From contig JAJYWX010000003.1 in assembly GCA_021791275.1 (NCBI GenBank), positions 29,641-93,640 of the forward strand: a stretch of 64,000 nucleotides of DNA. Reading direction: 5' to 3'. Source of the DNA: a bacterium. GTDB lineage: Bacteria > Patescibacteriota > Dojkabacteria > JAKAPS01 > JAJZLI01. Position numbers and translations under genes: made by a program. Positions 60,764 to 64,000 of this stretch are shown piece by piece. The notes beneath the pieces are model-generated. The model worked only from the letters and a program-made list of their open reading frames with translations. It was not told where the DNA came from and ran no database searches. How positions within the stretch are numbered: the stretch's first letter is position 1; the number at the start of each line of letters is the position of its first letter.

Positions 60764-61099
60764 CTAAACATTTTTTTGCGTACTTACAGTACTAAAATTT
60801 CTAACAGAAAAAATACTAGATCTTATTACTTCTGATGTAACATTCAAAGATTTTGCCAATTTAACGATATCTTTTCTTGAAAATTCTTTCCCCTCTTCTA
60901 AGTTATACAAAACGTAATATCCTTCTTTATGCTTCTTAACAGGATAAGCCAAATACCTTTTACCCCAAACATCCTTTGAGGCCATTGATAGACCTACATC
61001 ATTTATTAAATTTTCTACTTTACTGAGAACACTTATCCTTACATTTTCAGGCAAAGAAGGTTTAAGAGTTAACATCAATTCATACTTATTTTTTTTCAT
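60764..61099 (-). CDS. rpsF: 30S ribosomal protein S6
   Basis: MKKNKYELMLTLKP... is the typical S6 start, in the classic rpsF-ssb-rpsR order. Start is placed at the internal Met of the longer ORF (60764..61132). Confidence 0.85.
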   Translation of the reverse strand: MKKNKYELMLTLKPSLPENVRISVLSKVENLINDVGLSMASKDVWGKRYLAYPVKKHKEGYYVLYNLEEGKEFSRKDIVKLAKSLNVTSEVIRSSIFSVRNFSTVSTQKNV

Positions 61100-61147
61100 A
61101 AAATTTCGTACCTTACATACAAAATATATCATAATAAGTAATATTTA

Positions 61148-61519
61148 TCAATATTCATTAAGTATCTTTTGTATGTTCTTAATTTCTTTATTATCTAATT
61201 TTATTTTTTTTAAAGAGACTTTATCTAATACAATATCATTTGCCATTGATAGTAATTCCTTTTTATTCTTTTTATTCGAATTTTCACAAAGATAATTATA
61301 TATTTTATCCCTTTTTAAGGTATATAAAGATACTAGTTTAAAGTAGTACATAATTTTGGTAAAAAACGATGTAATTAAAATTGATATTAGGAGGTAAAGA
61401 ATAAAAAGATATAAATTAAAATAAACTATAGATTCAAAGGTTTTATATATAAAATATATACCGAAAACAAAAAGTACAATAGATACTATAAAATTAAATT
61501 TAAGAGATTTTTTTCTCAT
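61148..61519 (-). CDS. Hypothetical small membrane protein (2 TM)
   Basis: 123-aa ORF downstream of the subunit-IV-like gene. Confidence 0.3.
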   Translation of the reverse strand: MRKKSLKFNFIVSIVLFVFGIYFIYKTFESIVYFNLYLFILYLLISILITSFFTKIMYYFKLVSLYTLKRDKIYNYLCENSNKKNKKELLSMANDIVLDKVSLKKIKLDNKEIKNIQKILNEY

Positions 61520-62444
61520 TGTAATATCTTCTCCAAATTATTTTATATATTGGAATATAATAAGGAATTTTATTTAAAACTGGTATTATTGGGATGAAAA
61601 ACAATATTGCAATAAATACGCTAAACGTTAGAAATGCCATTAAGTCTCCCGAAGGGGAAGTAGAATAAGGAGGTATTTGATATAAGGATGTATATAAAAA
61701 TAACCACCAAGGACCAGGATAGTTTCCCTCCTCTTTTAAAATCCCCCACTGATCGCCAAGCATAGAATAATTTTTAGCCATATTTGCAAGTGGAGCACCC
61801 TGTAAAAATAACAATTTATTTTGGAAATTATATGAATACACCCCGTTATTCCCTTTTAAATTATTATCTAAAAGGTTTTGAAATACTCCAGTCTGAGCCA
61901 GGATTAACAAATCGTTTTCCATACCCTGAATGGGACCATATTCTCCATTCTTAACAATAACTTTCCCCTTATAGACTTTAGCTGAATTCAAAGCTTTATA
62001 ATAATTTTCCTCATACTTATTTAAAAGACTCTTATCATAGTGGGATAAATAAAAATATTGATTCATAAGAGTCTTTACTTTTTGAGATAATCGCGAATAA
62101 GTTATTAAAGGATCTATAAAAAAGACCTCTTTGGGGTGTACAGAAACAGTTACCCCCTCAATTCCCTCTGGCGATATGAATCCTACAGATTGTGCTTGTC
62201 CATTTTTATTATAGGGAGGACCATAATCCTCCAGAGAGGAGATTCCCAATATATTTCTAGATTCCACTTTTTCAAAACCTACCGGACTACTCTTAGAATA
62301 AGACATAATTGACAGGGGTTTCATTTGTGGAGATTTAAAAAGTAAAGCTAAAATTAGAATAAAAGCTAAAACTGCAAAAAAAGCATATAAAAATTCTTTT
62401 ATAAGATCTGATTCTTTTTGTTTATATTTATCTTCTTCATTCAT
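61500..62444 (-). CDS. Membrane protein with a large extracytoplasmic insert and C-terminal cytochrome b C-terminal/subunit-IV-like segment (PEWY-like PWWLF)
   Basis: One N-terminal TM, a soluble region of about 190 aa, then YPGPWWLFLYTSLYQIPP plus a TM (LMAFLTFSVFIAILFFIPIIPVL), which resembles the PEWYF.PvfqILR plus helix F of PetD/QcrC. Immediately follows the cytochrome b6-like gene. Start taken at the internal Met (62444); the longer ORF would begin at 62501. Confidence 0.4.
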   Translation of the reverse strand: MNEEDKYKQKESDLIKEFLYAFFAVLAFILILALLFKSPQMKPLSIMSYSKSSPVGFEKVESRNILGISSLEDYGPPYNKNGQAQSVGFISPEGIEGVTVSVHPKEVFFIDPLITYSRLSQKVKTLMNQYFYLSHYDKSLLNKYEENYYKALNSAKVYKGKVIVKNGEYGPIQGMENDLLILAQTGVFQNLLDNNLKGNNGVYSYNFQNKLLFLQGAPLANMAKNYSMLGDQWGILKEEGNYPGPWWLFLYTSLYQIPPYSTSPSGDLMAFLTFSVFIAILFFIPIIPVLNKIPYYIPIYKIIWRRYYNEKKIS

Positions 62445-62445
62445 A

Positions 62446-63030
62446 TCATTCAATTGGGGGTACAACCCCTTTCTTCCTAACAAAAAATAAATGTATGCCA
62501 AGAAGCGCTACTAATATTATTGGAAGTATCACTACATGCAACCCATAAATTTGACTATTATTTAATATATTAATAAATCCAGTTAATCCAATCGCATTCA
62601 TTGCATCTTTAGCTTGCACTTGGTTCCATTGTGCAAAAAATCCCCCACCAATAAGATAGCCCAAGAAAGCTTCAAACATAGATATTCCAAAAAGCATAAC
62701 CCCCAACATCCATGTAATAATCCTTCCTTCTCTCCAACCTGCCATAAAAAAAACTGAAATCATATGTACTATCATGAAAAAAAAGAATACCTGAGCTCCC
62801 CAGAAATGTATCGATCTGAAGAAAAGTCCTAACGAAGAGTATTGGTACCAAATGGGTCCTTCTAAAACCATTATTATTCCTGATGATATAACGATAACAA
62901 GACTTGCCATCGTAAGAACCCCAAACATATATACAAAAGAGGATACATACACTGGTAATGTATCAGGAAGCATCATATCTGGGTCTAAATCTTTTTTTAT
63001 CTCTTTTTTTACTACCCTAGTTATATTCAT
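62446..63030 (-). CDS. Cytochrome b6-type dihaem membrane protein (PetB/QcrB N-terminal-domain homolog)
   Basis: Aligns by eye along its length with cytochrome b6. FRSIHFWGAQVFFFFMIVH has His-x13-His, compared with RSVHRWSASMMVLMMILH. TWMLGVMLF...FLGYLI matches TWVTGVVLA...VTGYSL. IYGLHVVILPIILVALLGIHLFFVRKKG has His-x14-His, compared with [28 protein letters not shown]. All four haem-ligand His are at b6 spacing. Confidence 0.7.
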   Translation of the reverse strand: MNITRVVKKEIKKDLDPDMMLPDTLPVYVSSFVYMFGVLTMASLVIVISSGIIMVLEGPIWYQYSSLGLFFRSIHFWGAQVFFFFMIVHMISVFFMAGWREGRIITWMLGVMLFGISMFEAFLGYLIGGGFFAQWNQVQAKDAMNAIGLTGFINILNNSQIYGLHVVILPIILVALLGIHLFFVRKKGVVPPIE

Positions 63031-63210
63031 ATATTATTATTTCTTCTTATTTTTTCTTTTCTTACTTGAAAAATTTGGATATGGTAAAATTATAGCTACA
63101 ATAAACGCCACTATTATTAAAATGTATATTGCTATATCTATATATATTGAATTTCCACCACCCATATTAAACATTGTAGTACAAAAATAAATTAATTCAA
63201 CAAATAAATT

Positions 63211-63239
63211 TTGATTACATATAAAAAATCGTATATAAT
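63211..63239 (+). promoter_or_regulatory. Sigma70-like promoter candidate (TTGATT, 17 nt spacer, TATAAT) for the PAP2 gene
   Basis: TTGATT at 63211-63216 and TATAAT at 63234-63239, with the ATG 11 nt downstream. Confidence 0.35.
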
Positions 63240-63250
63240 ACTAATCTATT

Positions 63251-63826
63251 ATGATACAGGATAATGTATTACTATTTAGAGTAATCAACGGCTGGGCTAT
63301 AAACCCATTTTTTAATGCATTCTTTTCCTTTTGTGCTCAATACTTAATATTCATATTTTTAATTCTTGTAATAATAATTTGGTTTTACAAAAAACCATTA
63401 TCAAAAGATGTTGATAACAAAAGGATATTCATGTTATCAGTAATATCTTCGGTTATATCTTGGTTGATATTAGATAAAATGCTGGGGTTTATTTATTACG
63501 AAAAAAGACCATTTGTAGCGTTAAAAAATGTACACTTACTATTCCACTATATACCTAATAATTCTTTCCCTTCAGATCACTCCGCAGTAACAATGGCACT
63601 AGCTTCAATGATATTTGTATATAATAAAAAATTAGGATGGTTTTTCATCGTATTATCTGTATTAATAGGTTTTTCCCGAGTCTTTTCTGGAGTACATTTT
63701 CCGTTAGATATAGTTGTTGGGTTTACCTCTGGAATTCTTGCAACAATAATAGTTTATATACTAAAAGATAAATTAGAACCTCTCTTAAATTTAGGAATTA
63801 GTATTGGCAAAAAGCTTCATATATAA
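63251..63826 (+). CDS. PAP2-superfamily phosphatase (BcrC/undecaprenyl-diphosphatase-like)
   Basis: PAP2 motifs KxxxxxxRP-like (YEKRPF), PSDHS and SRVFSGVHFPLD, with 5-6 TM helices. Confidence 0.75.
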   Translation: MIQDNVLLFRVINGWAINPFFNAFFSFCAQYLIFIFLILVIIIWFYKKPLSKDVDNKRIFMLSVISSVISWLILDKMLGFIYYEKRPFVALKNVHLLFHYIPNNSFPSDHSAVTMALASMIFVYNKKLGWFFIVLSVLIGFSRVFSGVHFPLDIVVGFTSGILATIIVYILKDKLEPLLNLGISIGKKLHI

Positions 63827-63930
63827 GGATAAGTATTGAGTAAGCCGAATTCTGTTTTATGTGTTTATCTATCTTGAGTAAATATTCTCACATTTACTTC
63901 TTTGCGTTTAAAACTTGCTGAAGGTGGAGG

Positions 63931-63982
63931 TTACACTGCCATGGTAAATCACTTTCCATGCGGTAGTCTCTTACACTGCCAT
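63931..63982. repeat. Direct repeat TTACACTGCCAT (twice, 40-bp period) at window edge
   Basis: Copies at 63931-63942 and 63971-63982, in a locally GC-richer stretch after the PAP2 gene. Truncated by the window end. Confidence 0.3.
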
Positions 63983-64000
63983 TTCACCCTTACCATCACT

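Noticed and set aside
49908-63190. Shadow ORFs at 49908..50144, 52850..53059, 56183..56413, 58092..58304, 58222..58566, 58996..59178, 60559..60762 and 62852..63190
   Set aside because: They are antisense to or overlap recA, the MBL gene, prmC, the hypothetical pair, ssb and the cytochrome b gene.
1-64000. CRISPR arrays, rRNA genes, transposases or integrases
   Set aside because: No regularly spaced repeat array, no rRNA-like conserved stretches and no DDE or tyrosine-recombinase ORFs were seen anywhere in the window.

Overview
This is a 64 kb, AT-rich (roughly 30% GC by eye), densely packed bacterial chromosomal segment with about 65 protein-coding genes, one tRNA, no rRNA and no CRISPR array. 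All conserved ORFs are intact under the standard code, and both RF1 and RF2 are present, so UGA is not reassigned. The compact layout, with many ATGA-type start/stop overlaps, suggests a small-genome lineage, but phylum cannot be proven from sequence alone. Housekeeping content includes the start of the dcw cluster (mraZ-rsmH-ftsL-like), rsmI, glyQS, recO, hpf, serS, secA, greA, tsaE-tsaB-tsaD, prfB-ftsE-ftsX, miaA, hup, def, recJ-rel, recA, dnaB, rpmE-prfA-prmC and rpsF-ssb-rpsR. Between these are accessory modules. They include a surface-glycan cluster (DUF4012-like, PglC-like sugar transferase, GT4 enzymes, galE), two tandem polytopic histidine kinases with a receiver-only protein and a Kef/RCK antiporter, and MacB-like, ABC-2 and stand-alone RND transporters. 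There is also a vapBC-like toxin-antitoxin cassette beside tRNA-Glu(CTC), bracketed by tRNA-like direct repeats. FtsEX is followed by a coiled-coil papain-like (C39-like) hydrolase, resembling PcsB/CwlO. The recJ-coupled Rel homolog has every (p)ppGpp-hydrolase catalytic residue substituted. The most unexpected element is a split cytochrome b6-type dihaem protein plus a subunit-IV-like partner, with no Rieske or cytochrome c gene nearby. All functional calls are from motifs read by eye and need homology searches to confirm.
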